Below are positions 40,063 through 54,400 of a stretch of DNA of 64,000 bases, in pieces. The notes under the pieces were generated by a model. That model saw only the letters and a program-made list of their open reading frames with translations, did no database searches and was not told the origin of the DNA. Position numbers and translations under genes: made by a program. The stretch is from Eledone cirrhosa (taxonomy: Eukaryota): contig CAXHJY010000082.1 in the NCBI GenBank assembly GCA_964016885.1, forward strand, positions 1 through 64,000. The letters run 5' to 3'. Every line of letters starts with the position of its first letter. Within the stretch, counting starts at the first letter, position 1.

Positions 40063-41819
40063 TAAAGGTTGATTACATATTACACAAGCAATAACAAATC
40101 CAAGACATTGAAGAAATAAAGAATAAAAAATAATAAAAGATAAAAAATATTGAGGAAGTAAAAATAAAAATAAACATTGAAAAATAAACATTGAAAAATA
40201 ATTGAAAAATAAGGGGTGCTATCGGTCACAGTTGGGCGGGGTGCTGTCAACATACAGTTACATACAAGCATACGCATGGATAAGAGATAGAGAACAGACA
40301 AGAATAGATAAGATAGATAGGAGTAGGTAAGAATAGATAAAAAATAGGTGAAAAATAGGTAAAAAATAGACATATAATATATATAAGAAATATAAAAAAA
40401 TATAAAAAACATACATATAAAATATACAGATAATAGTGATACAGAGTAAGGAATGAAATAAAATAAAATTATCTAAGATAAAATATAATATAATAATAAA
40501 ATAAAATAAAATAAAATAAAATAAAATAAAATAAAATAAAATAAAATAAAATGAAATAAACTAAAATAAAATAATATAATATAAGATATAATTAAATAAA
40601 ATTAAATAAAATGAAATAAAATAAAATAAAATAAAGTAAATTGAGATAAGATATATAATTTTAGAATATATTTCTTGAATATATCAGGGGCCCACGAAGG
40701 CCCTAAGTGTCACAGTTATCAGTATCACTTGACCATTGCAATGCAATGGAGACGTCCCATGTTGGGCAGTCTCAAAAGTTCACACTCGAAAGTCGCGGGT
40801 GTGCATTCACACAGTTGAGCGGTGGGGTAATCACAAACCGGTTCACACTCGGGCAGGAGTCCATTGGTCAACAGAGGTATATCCAAGGAAGGTAGGAGAA
40901 TTCACATGCAGCAGCAGGAGCATCCATGGGCAGATAAATGAGTGTCACAACGTCACAATGTAGCAAGCAAAATCGTTTACCTCAACATAAACATCAAGAG
41001 GCAGACAAGTGGGCCGAAAGCAAGCAGGTGCAGGCGGGCTAGCCGAAAGCAAGCAAATACAGTTGGGTTAGGCGGGTTAATATGCATACTCAACAGCGCA
41101 TACAAAAGATATATAAAAAAATAGCTTCAAGAGCCAATATCATGAAATCACCGCATTGGGACATCTCAAGATTATACACAGCAATATGTTCTGCACGTAT
41201 ATGCACATATACACACCACATGCATATGCAGAGACGGTATACATATATATATATTTTTATATACAGACATATACAACCACCTACACCCATACACATATAA
41301 ATGTATACACAGACACACACGCACACACACACAGCGTAGGACACCCGGGTCAAAGCGGATATAATACACAGAAATATTACATTAGGCAAAACCCACCACC
41401 ACGGATAATACATTCAAAATAAATACATACGAGGAGATGCAGTAAAATAAATCAAATTGAATTCCTACGAAGATAATCATGTCCGCACGTGCCATTGCCC
41501 GATTCAAGTGTAATCCTTTCAGTAACTTTTTCACCTATTTTTTATCTATTCTTACCTACTCCTATCTATCTTATCTATTCTTGTCTGTTCTCTATCTCTT
41601 ATCCATGCGTATGCTTGTATGTAACTGTATGTTGACAGCACCCCGCCCAACTGTGACCGATAGCACCCCTTATTTTTCAATTATTTTTCAATGTTTATTT
41701 TTCAATGTTTATTTTTATTTTTACTTCCTCAATATTTTTTATCTTTTATTATTTTTTATTCTTTATTTCTTCAATGTCTTGGATTTGTTATTGCTTGTGT
41801 AATATGTAATCAACCTTTA

Positions 41820-41865
41820 TGCTCAGATGAGTCCCACTTGTAGTGCGGATGAAACAATGTTAGCA
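41820..41865 (+). ncRNA. Hammerhead copy with core substitution (CAGATGA)
   Basis: Identical to the reverse complement of 40017-40062 except U4 to A. Confidence 0.75.
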
Positions 41866-41905
41866 AGTAAGGATATGCATATGCTATAGGCGTTCTTTGT
41901 TGTTG

Positions 41906-42091
<186 letters not shown>

Positions 42092-42475
42092 CGCTGCGTA
42101 CCGGTCGAAAGTGTTGTGTTTTATTTCTCCATCCTTTCAGTAACTTTTAAGGCTTTGCTCCAAGCTTTGTTTAAAACTAGATCCGAATGTTTCACCAAGT
42201 GTAGATATTTCAGAATATTTATTTTTAGAACACTGGGGGAAAAAAGCGACTGCTTGGTTGACAGTCAGTGTAAGAGTTGAGGATGAATCTTACTGAAACA
42301 CACAGACAACAATCTTATTATTTCATAAATGTGTTAAGGGTGAAGACATTAGTGTGCATTTGTTTTGTCTCGAAGTAGGAGCTTCTATTGGAAAAATTGG
42401 CAACACAAGAAAGAACATTTCTTAAAGATCTATCTCTTAAGAAACCAGAATATTGGTCAGTTAGAAGAGAGAGAT

Positions 42476-45400
42476 AAGGCAGCAAATTGGCAGAGATGAT
42501 AAATCATTGGATAGATAGGGCGGCTAGTTGACAGAGTTGGTAACGAATTGGATAGATAGGGCTGGAAATTGACAGAGCTGGTAAGGAGTTGAATAGATAG
42601 AGCTGGGAATTGACAGAGTTGGTAAGGAGTTGAATAGATAGAGCTGGGAATTGACAGACTTGGTAAGGAGTTGGATAGATAGGGCTGGGAATTGACAGAG
42701 GTGGTAAGGAGTTGGATAGATAGGGCTGGGAATTGACAGAGCTGGTAAGGAGTTGAATAGATAGGGCTGGGAATTCACAGAGTTGATAAGGAGTTGGATA
42801 TATAGGGCTGGGAATTGACAGAGTTGGTAAGGAGTTGAATAGATAGAGCTGGGAATTGACAGAGTTGGTAGGGAGTTGGATAGATAGGGCTGGGAATTGA
42901 CAGAGTTGGTAAGGAGTTGGATAGATAGGGATGGGAATTGACAGAGTTGGTAAGGTGATGGATAGATAGGGCTGGGAATTGACAGAGTTGGTAAGTAGTT
43001 TGATAGATAGGGCGGCGAGTTGACAGAGTTGGTAAGGAGTTGGATAGATAGGGATGGGAATTGACAGAGCTGGTAAGGAGTTTGATAGATAGGGCTGGGA
43101 ATTGACAGAGCTGGTAAGGAGTTGAATAGATGGGGCTGGGAATTGACAGAGTTGGTAAGGAGTTGAATAGATGGGGCTGGGAATTGACAGAGTTGGTAAA
43201 GAGTTGGATAGATGGGGCTGGGAATTGACAGAGTTGCTAAGGAGTTGGATAGATAGGGCTGGGAAGTGACAGAGTTGGTAAGGAGTTTGATAGAAAGGGC
43301 TGGGAAGTGACAGAGTTGGTAAGGAGTTGGATAGATAGGGCTGGGAATTGACAGAGTTGGTAAGGAGTTGGATAGATAGGGCTGGGAATTGACAGAGCTG
43401 GTAAGGAGTTGAATAGAAAGGGCTGGGAATTGACAGAGTTGGTAATGAGTTGAATAGATAGGGCTGGGAATTAAAAGAGTTGGTAAGGAGAAGGATAGAT
43501 AGGGCTGGGAATTGATAGAGTTGGTAAGGTGTTGGATAGATAGGGCTGAGAATTGACAGAGTTGGTAAGGTGTTTGATAGATAGGGCTGGGAATTGACAG
43601 AGCTGGTAAGGAGTTTGATAGATAGGGCTGGAAATTGATAGAGTTGGTAAGGAGTTGGATAGATAGGGCTGGAATTGATAGAGTTGGTAAGGAGATGGAT
43701 AGATAGGGCTGGGAATTGACAGAGTTGGTAAGGAGATGGATAGATAGGGCTGGAATTGATAGAGTTGGTAAGTAGTTTGATAGATAGGGCTGGAAATTGA
43801 TAGAGTTGGTAAGGAGTTGGATAGATAGGGCTGGAAATTGATAGAGTTGGTAAGTAGTTTGATAGATAGGGCTGGAAATTGATAGAGTTGGTAAGGAGTT
43901 AGATAGATAGGGCTGGGAATAGATAGAGTTGGTAAGTAGTTTGATAGATAGGGCTGGGAATTGACAGAGTTGGTAAGGAGTTCAATAGATAGGGCTGGGA
44001 ATTGACAGAGCTGGTAAGGAGTTGAATAGACAGGGCTGGGAATTGACAGAGTTGCTAAGGAGTTCAATAGAAAGGGCTGGGAATTGACAGAGTTGGTAAG
44101 GAGTTCAATAGATATGGCTGGGAATTGACAGAGCTGGTAAGGAGTTGAATAGACAGGGCTGGGAATTGACAGAGCTGGTAAGGAGTTGAATAGACGGGGC
44201 TGGGAATTGACAGAGTTGGTAAGGAGATGGATAGATAGGGCTGGGAATTGACAAAGCTGGTAAGGAGTTCACTAGGTAGGGCTGGGAATTGAGAGAGTTG
44301 GTAAGTAGTTTGATAGATAGGGCTGGGAATTGATAGAGTTGGTAAGAAGTTGGATAGATAGGGCTGGGAATTGACAGAGTTGGTAAGGAGATGGATAGAT
44401 AGTGCTGGGAATAGATAGAGTTGGTAAGTAGTTTGATAGATAGGGCTGGGAATTGACAGAGCTGGTAAGGAGTTCACTAGGTAGGGCTGGGAATTGAGAG
44501 AGTTGGTAAGGAGTTTGATAGATAGGGCTGGGAATTGACAGAGCTGGTAAGGAGTTCACTAGGTAGGGCTGGGAATTGAGAGAGTTGGTAAGAAGTTTGA
44601 TAGATAGGGCTGAGAATTGATAGAGCTGGTAAGGAGATGGATAGATAGGGCTGGGAATTGACAGAGTTGGTAAGAAGTTGAATAGATAGGGCTGGGAATT
44701 GATAGAGTTGGTAAGTAGTTTGATAGATAGGGCTGGGAATTGATAGAGTTGGTAAGGAGTTGGATAGACAGGGCTGGGAATTGATAGAGTTGGTAAGGAG
44801 TTTGATAGATAGGGCTGGGAATTGACAGAGTTGGTAAGGAGATGGATAGATAGGGCTGGAATTGATAGAGTTGGTAAGTAGTTTGATAGATAGGGCTGGA
44901 AATTGATAGAGTTGGTAAGCAGTTGGATAGATAGGGCTGGGAATTGACAGAGTTGGTAAGGAGTTGAACAGATAGGGCAGGGAATTGACAAAGCTGGTAA
45001 GTAGTTTGATAGATAGGGCTGAGAATTGACAGAGCTGGTCAGGAGTTGAACAGATAGGGCTGGGAATCGACAGAGTTGGTAAGGAGATGGAAAGATAGGG
45101 CTGGGAATTGATAGAGTTGGTAAGGAGTTGGATAGATAGGGCTGGGAATTGACAGAGTTGGTAAGGAGTTGGATAGATATGGCTGGGAATTGACAGAGTT
45201 GGTAAGGAGTTCAATAGATATGGCTGGGAATTGACAGAGCTGGTAAGGAGTTGAATAGATAGGGCTGGGAATTGACAGAGTTGGTAAGGAGTTCAATAGA
45301 TATGGCTGGGAATTGACAGAGCTGGTAAGGAGTTGAATAGATAGGGCTGGGAATTGACAGAGTTGGTAAGGAGTTGGATAGATCGGGCTGGGAATTGACA

Positions 45401-48400
45401 GAGCTGGTAAGGAGTTCAATAGATAGGGCTGGGAATTGACAGAGTTGGTAAGGAGTTCAATAGATATGGCTGGGAATTGACAGAGTTGGTAAGGAGTTCA
45501 ATAGATATGGCTGGGAATTGACAGAGCTAGTAAGGAGTTGAATAGATAGGTCTGGGAATTGACAGAGTTGGTAAGAAGTTGGATAGATAGGGCTGGGAAT
45601 TAACAGAGCTGGTAAGGAGATGGATAGATGGGGCTGGGAATTGACAGAGCTGGTATGGAGTTCAATAGATAGGGCTGGGATTGATAGAGTTGGTAAGGAG
45701 TTGAATAGATGGGGCTGGGAATTGACAGAGTTGGTAAAGAGTTGAATAGATAGGGCTGGGAATTGATAGAGTTGGTAAGGAGTTTGATAGATAGGGCTGG
45801 GAATTGACAGAGTTGGTAAGGAGTTTGATAGATAGGGCTGGGAATTGACAGAGTTGGTAAGGAGTTTGATAGATAGGGCTGGGAATTGACAGAGTTTGTA
45901 AGGAGTTTGATAGATAGGGCTGGGAATTGACAGAGTTGGTAAGGAGTTTGATAGATAGGGCTGGGAATTGACAGAGTTGGTAAGGAGTTTGATAGATAGG
46001 GCGGGGAATTGACAGAGTTGGTAAGGAGTTTGATAGATAGGGCTGGGAATTGACAGAGTTGGTAAGGTGTTGAATAGATAGGGCTGGGAATTGACAGAGT
46101 TGGTAATGAGTTAGATAGATAGGGCTGGGAATTGACAGAGTTGGTAAGGAGTTGAATAGATGGGCTGGGAATTGACAGAGTTGGTAAGGAGAAGGATAGA
46201 TGTGGCTGGGAATTGACAGAGTTGGTAAGGAGTTGAATATATAGGGCTGGGAATTGACAGTGTTGGTAAGGAGTTCAATAGATAGGGCTGGGAAATGACA
46301 GAGCACGTAAGGAGTTCAATAGATAGGGCTGGGAATTGACAGTGTTGGTAAGTAGTTGGATAGATAGGGCTGGGAATTGACAGAGATGGTAAGGAGTTGG
46401 ATAGATAGGGCTGGAAATTGACAGAGCTGGTAAGGAGTTCAATAGATAGGGCTGGGAATTGACAGAGTTGGTAAGGAGTTGAATTGATACGGCTGGGAAT
46501 TGATAGAGTTGGTAAGTAATTTGATAGATAGGGCTGAGAATTGATAGAGTTGGTAAGGAGTTGAATAGATGGGGCTGGGAATTGACAGAGTTGGTAAGGA
46601 GAAGGATAGATGGGGCTGAGAATTGACAGAGGTGGTAAGGAGTTCAATAGATATGGCTGGAAATTGACGTAGTTGGTAAGGAGTTGAATAGATAGGGCTG
46701 GGAATTGATAGAGTTGGTAAGTAATTTGATAGATAGGGCTGAGAATTGATAGAGTTGGTAAGGAGTTGGATAGACAGGGCTGGCAATTGACAGAGCTGGT
46801 AAGGAGTTGGATAGATAAGGCTGGAAATTGACAGAGCTGGTAAGGAGTTCAATAGATAGGGCTGGGAATTGACAGAGTTGGTAAGGAGTTGAATAGATAG
46901 AGCTGGGAATTGACAGAGTTTGTAAGGAGTTTGATAGATAGGGCTGGGAATTGACAGAGCTGGTAAGGTGTTTGATAGATAGGGCTGGGAATTGACAGAG
47001 TTGGTAAGAAGTTGAATAGATGGGGCTGGGAATTGATAGAGTTGGTAAGTAGTTTGATAGATAGGGCTGGGAATTGATAGAGTTGGTAAGGAGTTGGATA
47101 GACAGGGCTGGGAATTGATAGAGTTGGTAAGGAGTTTGATAGATAGGGCTGGAAATTGACAGAGTTGGTAAGGAGATGGATAGATAGGGCTGGAATTGAT
47201 AGAGTTGGTAAGTAGTTTGATAGATAGGGCTGGAAATTGATAGAGTTGGTAAGGAGTTGAATAGATAGGGCAGGGAATTGATAGAGTTGGTAAGGGGTTC
47301 AATAGATAGGGCTGGGAATTGATAGAGCTGGTAAGGAGTTGGATAGATAGGGCCGACAATTGACAGAGTTGGTAAGGAGTTTGATAGATAGGGCTGGGAA
47401 TTGACAGTGCTGGTAAGGAGTTTGATAGATAGGGCTGGGAATTGACAGAGTTGGTAAGGAGTTCAATAGATAGGGCTGAGAATTGACAGGGCTAGTAAGG
47501 AGTTGGATAGATAGGGCTGGGAATTGACAGAGTTGCTAAGGAGTTGGATAGATAGGGCTGGGAAATGACAGAGTTGGTAAGGTGTTGGATAGATAGGGCT
47601 GGGAATTGACAGAGTTGGTAAGGAGTTGGATAGATAAGGCTGGGAATTGACAGAGCTTGTAAGGAGTTGAATAGATAGGGCTGGGAATTGACAGAGTTGG
47701 TAAGAAGTTGGATAGATAGGGCTGGGAATTGACAGAGTTGGTAAGGAGTTGGATAGATAGGGCTGGGAATTGACAGAGCTGGTAAGGAGTGTGATAGATA
47801 GGGCTGGGAATTGATAGAGCTGGTAAGGAGTTGAATAGATAGGGCTGGGAATTGACAGAGTTGGTAAGGAGGTGCATAGAAAGGGCTGGGAATTGACAGA
47901 GCTGGTAAGGAGTTGGATAGATAGGGCTGGGAATTGGCAGAGTTGGTAAAGAGTTGGATAGATAGGGCTGGGAATTGATAGAGCTGGTAAGGAGTTAAAT
48001 AGATAGGGCTGGGAATTGACAGAGTTGGTAAGGAGGTGCATAGAAAGGGCTGGGAATTGACAGAGCTGGTAAGGAGTTGGATAGATAGGGCTGGGAATTG
48101 CCCGAGCTGGTAAGGAGTTGGATAGATAGGGCTGGGAATTGATAGAGCTGGTAAGGAGTTGAATAGATAGGGCTGGGAATTGACAGAGTTGGTAAGGAGT
48201 TGAATAGATAGGGCTGGGAATTGACAGAGTTGGTAAGGAGTTGAATATATAGGTCTCGGAATTGATAGAGTTGGTAAGGAGTCGGATACATAGGGCTGGG
48301 AATGGACAGAGTTGGTAAGGAGTTGGAAAGATAGGGCTGGGAATTGACAGAGTTGGTAAGGAGTTGGATAGATAGGGCTGGGAATTGACAGAGTTGGTAA

Positions 48401-51400
48401 GGAGTTGGATAGATAGGGTTGGGAATTGATAGAGTTGGTAAGGAGTTCAATAGGTAGGGCTGGGAATTGATAGAGTTGGGAATGAGTTCAATAGATATGG
48501 CCGGGAATTGACAGAGCTGGTAAGGAGTTGAATAGACAGGGCTGGGAATTGATAGAGTTGGTAAGGAGATGGATAGATAGGGCTGGGAATTGACAGAGCT
48601 GGTAAGGAGTTGAATAGATAGGGCTGGGAATTGACAGAGCTGGTAAGGAGTTGAATAGATAGGGCTGGGAATTGACAGAGCTGGTAAGGAGTTTGATAGA
48701 TAGGGCTAGGAATTGATAGAGCTGGTAAGGAGTTGGATAGATAGGGCTGCGAATTGACAGAGCTGGTAAGGAGTTTGATTGATAGTGCTGGGAATTGATA
48801 GAGCTGGTAAGGAGTTGAATAGATAGGGATGTGAATTGACAGAGTTGGTAAGGAGGTGTATAGAAAGGGCTGGAAATTTACAGAGCTGGTAAGGAGTTGG
48901 ATAGATAGAGCTGGGAATTGATAGAGTTGGTAAGGAGTTGGATAGATAGGGCTGGGAATTAATAGAGTTGGTAGGGAGTTGGATAGATAGGGCTGGGAAT
49001 TGATAGAGCTGTTAAGGAGTTGAATAAATAGGGCTGGGAATTGACAGAGTTGGTAAGGAGATGGATAGATAGGGCTGGGAATTGACAGAGTTGCTAAGGA
49101 GTTCGATAGATAGGGCTGGGAATTGATAGAGTTGGTAAGGGGTTCAATAGATAGGGCTGGGAATTGATAGAGCTGGTAAGGAGTTTGATAGATAGGGCTG
49201 GGAATTGACAGAGTTGGTAAGGAGTTCAATAGATAGGGCTGAGAATTGACAGGGCTGGTAAGGAGTTGGATAGATAGGGCTGGGAATTGACAGAGTTGCT
49301 AAGGAGTTGGATAGATAGGGCTGGGAAATGACATAGTTGGTAAGGTGTTGGATAGATAGGGCTGGGAATTGACAGAGTTGGTAAGGAGTTGGATAGATAG
49401 GGCTGGGAATTGACAGAGTTGGTTAGAAGTTGGATAGATAGGGCTGGGAATTGACAGAGTTGGTAAGGAGTTGGATAGATAGGGCTGGGAATTGACAGAG
49501 CTGGTAAGGAGTGTGATAGATAGGGCTGGGAATTGATAGAGCTGGTAAGGAGTTGAATAGATAGGGCTGGGAATTGACAGAGTTGGTAAGGACGTGCATA
49601 GAAAGGGCTGGGAATTGACAGAGCTGGTAAGGAGTTGGATAGATAGGGCTGGGAATTGACAGAGTTGGTAAAGAGTTGGATAGATAGGGCTGGGAATTGA
49701 TAGAGCTGGTAAGGAGTTGAATAGATAGGGCTGGGAATTGACAGAGTTGGTAAGGAGGTGCATAGAAAGGGCTGGGAATTGACAGAGCTGGTAAGGAGTT
49801 GGATAGATAGGGCTGGGAATTGCCCGAGCTGGTAAGGAGTTGGATAGATAGGGCTGGGAATTGATAGATTTGGTAAGGAGTTGGATAGATAGGGCTGGGA
49901 ATTGACAGAGTTGGTAAGGAGTTGGATAGATAGGGCTGGGAATTGACAGAGTATGTTAGAAGTTGGATAGATAGGGCTGGGAATTGACAGAGCTGGTAAG
50001 GAGTTGGATAGATAGGGCTGGGAATTGACAGAGCTGGTAAGGAGTGTGATAGATAGGGCTGGGAATTGATAGAGCTGGTAAGGAGTTGAATAGATAGGGC
50101 TGGGAATTGACAGAGTTGGTAAGGAGGTGCATAGAAAGGGCTGGGAATTGACAGAGCTGGTAAGGAGTTGGATAGATAGGGCTGGGAATTGACAGAGTTG
50201 GTAAAGAGTTGGGTAGATAGGGCTGGGAATTGATAGAGCTGGTAAGGAGTTGAATAGATAGGGCTGGGAATTGACAGAGTTGGTAAGGAGTTGGATAGAT
50301 AGGGCTAGGAATTGACAGAGTTGGTAAGGAGTTGGATAGATCGGGTTGGGAATTGATAGAGTTGGTAAGGAGTTCAATAGATAGGGCTGGGAATTGATAG
50401 AGTTGGTAAGGGGTTCAATAGATAGGGCTGGGAATTGATAGAGCTGGTAAGGAGTTGGATAGATAGGGCCGACAATTGACAGAGTTGGTAAGGAGTTTGA
50501 TAGATAGGGCTGGGAATTGACAGTGCTGGTAAGGAGTTTGATAGATAGGGCTGGGAATTGACAGAGTTGGTAAGGAGTTCAATAGATAGGGCTGAGAATT
50601 GACAGGGCTGGTAAGGAGTTGGATAGATAGGGCTGGGAATTGACAGAGTTGCTAAGGAGTTGGATAGATAGGGCTGGGAAATGACAGAGTTGGTAAGGTG
50701 TTGGATAGATAGGGCTGGGAATTGACAGAGTTGGTAAGGAGTTGGATAGATAAGGCTGGGAATTGACAGAGCTTGTAAGGAGTTGAATAGATAGGGCTGG
50801 GAATTGACAGAGTTGGTAAGAAGTTGGATAGATAGGGCTGGGAATTGACAGAGTTGGTAAGGAGTTGGATAGATAGGGCTGGGAAATGACATAGTTGGTA
50901 AGGTGTTGGATAGATAGGGCTGGGAATTGACAGAGTTGGTAAGGAGTTGGATAGATAGGGCTGGGAATTGACAGAGTTGGTTAGAAGTTGGATAGATAGG
51001 GCTGGGAATTGACAGAGTTGGTAAGGAGTTGGATAGATAGGGCTGGGAATTGACAGAGCTGGTAAGGAGTGTGATAGATAGGGCTGGGAATTGATAGAGC
51101 TGGTAAGGAGTTGAATAGATAGGGCTGGGAATTGACAGAGTTGGTAAGGACGTGCATAGAAAGGGCTGGGAATTGACAGAGTTGGTAAGGAGTTGGATAG
51201 ATAGGGCTGGGAATTGACAGAGTTGGTAAAGAGTTGGATAGATAGGGCTGGGAATTGATAGAGCTGGTAAGGAGTTGAATAGATAGGGCTGGGAATTGAC
51301 AGAGTTGGTAAGGAGGTGCATAGAAAGGGCTGGGAATTGACAGAGCTGGTAAGGAGTTGGATAGATAGGGCTGGGAATTGCCCGAGCTGGTAAGGAGTTG

Positions 51401-54400
51401 GATAGATAGGGCTGGGAATTGATAGATTTGGTAAGGAGTTGGATAGATAGGGCTGGGAATTGACAGAGTTGGTAAGGAGTTGGATAGATAGGGCTGGGAA
51501 TTGACAGAGTTGGTTAGAAGTTGGATAGATAGGGCTGGGAATTGACAGAGCTGGTAAGGAGTGTGATAGATAGGGCTGGGAATTGATAGAGCTGGTAAGG
51601 AGTTGAATAGATAGGGCTGGGAATTGACAGAGTTGGTAAGGAGGTGCATAGAAAGGGCTGGGAATTGACAGAGCTGGTAAGGAGTTGGATAGATAGGGCT
51701 GGGAATTGACAGAGTTGGTAAAGAGTTGGGTAGATAGGGCTGGGAATTGATAGAGCTGGTAAGGAGTTGAATAGATAGGGCTGGGAATTGACAGAGTTGG
51801 TAAGGAGTTGGATAGATAGGGCTAGGAATTGACAGAGTTGGTAAGGAGTTGGATAGATCGGGCTGGGAATTGATAGAGTTGGTAAGGGTTCAATAGATAG
51901 GGCTGGGAATTGATAGAGTTGGTAAGGGGTTCAATAGATAGGGCTGGGAATTGATAGAGCTGGTAAGGAGTTGGATAGATAGGGCCGACAATTGACAGAG
52001 TTGGTAAGGAGTTTGATAGATAGGGCTGGGAATTGACAGTGCTGGTAAGGAGTTTGATAGATAGGGCTGGGAATTGACAGAGTTGGTAAGGAGTTCAATA
52101 GATAGGGCTGAGAATTGACAGGGCTGGTAAGGAGTTGGATAGATAGGGCTGGGAATTGACAGAGTTGCTAAGGAGTTGGATAGATAGGGCTGGGAAATGA
52201 CAGAGTTGGTAAGGTGTTGGATAGATAGGGCTGGGAATTGACAGAGTTGGTAAGGAGTTGGATAGATAAGGCTGGGAATTGACAGAGCTTGTAAGGAGTT
52301 GAATAGATAGGGCTGGGAATTGACAGAGTTGGTAAGAAGTTGGATAGATAGGGCTGGGAATTGACAGAGTTGGTAAGGAGTTGGATAGATAGGGCTGGGA
52401 ATTGACAGAGCTGGTAAGGAGTGTGATAGATAGGGCTGGGAATTGATAGAGCTGGTAAGGAGTTGAATAGATAGGGCTGGGAATTGACAGAGTTGGTAAG
52501 GAGGTGCATAGAAAGGGCTGGGAATTGACAGAGCTGGTAAGGAGTTGGATAGATAGGGCTGGGAATTGACAGAGTTGGTAAAGAGTTGGATAGATAGGGC
52601 TGGGAATTGATAGAGCTGGTAAGGAGTTGAATAGATAGGGCTGGGAATTGACAGAGTTGGTAAGGAGGTGCATAGAAAGGGCTGGGAATTGACAGAGCTG
52701 GTAAGGAGTTGGATAGATAGGGCTGGGAATTGCCCGAGCTGGTAAGGAGTTGGATAGATAGGGCTGGGAATTGATAGAGCTGGTAAGGAGTTGAATAGAT
52801 AGGGCTGGGAATTGACAGAGTTGGTAAGGAGTTGAATAGATAGGGCTGGGAATTGACAGAGTTGGTAAGGAGTTGAATATATAGGTCTCGGAATTGATAG
52901 AGTTGGTAAGGAGTCGGATACATAGGGCTGGGAATGGACAGAGTTGGTAAGGAGTTGGAAAGATAGGGCTGGGAATTGACAGAGTTGGTAAGGAGTTGGA
53001 TAGATAGGGCTGGGAATTGACAGAGTTGGTAAGGAGTTGGATAGATAGGGTTGGGAATTGATAGAGTTGGTAAGGAGTTCAATAGGTAGGGCTGGGAATT
53101 GATAGAGTTGGGAATGAGTTCAATAGATATGGCCGGGAATTGACAGAGCTGGTAAGGAGTTGAATAGACAGGGCTGGGAATTGATAGAGTTGGTAAGGAG
53201 ATGGATAGATAGGGCTGGGAATTGACAGAGCTGGTAAGGAGTTGAATAGATAGGGCTGGGAATTGACAGAGCTGGTAAGGAGTTTGATAGATAGGGCTGG
53301 GAATTGATAGAGCTGGTAAGGAGTTGGATAGATAGGGCTGCGAATTGACAGAGCTGGTAAGGAGTTTGATTGATAGGGCTGGGAATTGATAGAGCTGGTA
53401 AGGAGTTGAATAGATAGGGATGTGAATTGACAGAGTTGGTAAGGAGGTGTATAGAAAGGGCTGGAAATTTACAGAGCTGGTAAGGAGTTGGATAGATAGA
53501 GCTGGGAATTGATAGAGTTGGGAAGGAGTTGGATAGATAGGGCTGGGAATTAATAGAGTTGGTAGGGAGTTGGATAGATAGGGCTGGGAATTGATAGAGC
53601 TGTTAAGGAGTTGAATAAATAGGGCTGGGAATTGACAGAGATGGTAAGGAGATGGATAGATAGGGCTGGGAATTGACAGAGTTGCTAAGGAGTTCGATAG
53701 ATAGGGCTGGGAATTGATAGAGTTGGTAAGGGGTTCAATAGATAGGGCTGGGAATTGATAGAGCTGGTAAGGAGTTTGATAGATAGGGCTGGGAATTGAC
53801 AGAGTTGGTAAGGAGTTCAATAGATAGGGCTGAGAATTGACAGGGCTGGTAAGGAGTTGGATAGATAGGGCTGGGAATTGACAGAGTTGCTAAGGAGTTG
53901 GATAGATAGGGCTGGGAAATGACATAGTTGGTAAGGGGTTGGATAGATAGGGCTGGGAATTGACAGAGTTGGTAAGGAGTTGGATAGATAGGGCTGGGAA
54001 TTGACAGAGTTGGTTAGAAGTTGGATAGATAGGGCTGGGAATTGACAGAGTTGGTAAGGAGTTGGATAGATAGGGCTGGGAATTGACAGAGCTGGTAAGG
54101 AGTGTGATAGATAGGGCTGGGAATTGATAGAGCTGGTAAGGAGTTGAATAGATAGGGCTGGGAATTGACAGAGTTGGTAAGGAGGTGCATAGAAAGGGCT
54201 GGGAATTGACAGAGCTGGTAAGGAGTTGGATAGATAGGGCTGGGAATTGCCCGAGCTGGTAAGGAGTTGGATAGATAGGGCTGGGAATTGATAGATTTGG
54301 TAAGGAGTTGGATAGATAGGGCTGGGAATTGACAGAGTTGGTAAGGAGTTGAATAGATAGGGCTGGGAATTGACAGAGTTGGTAAGGAGTTGAATAGATA

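Noticed and set aside
40080-41802. Identical hydrophobic ORFs 40080..40412 (-) and 41479..41802 (+)
   Set aside because: T-rich translations of the two inverted-repeat arms, not a membrane-protein gene.
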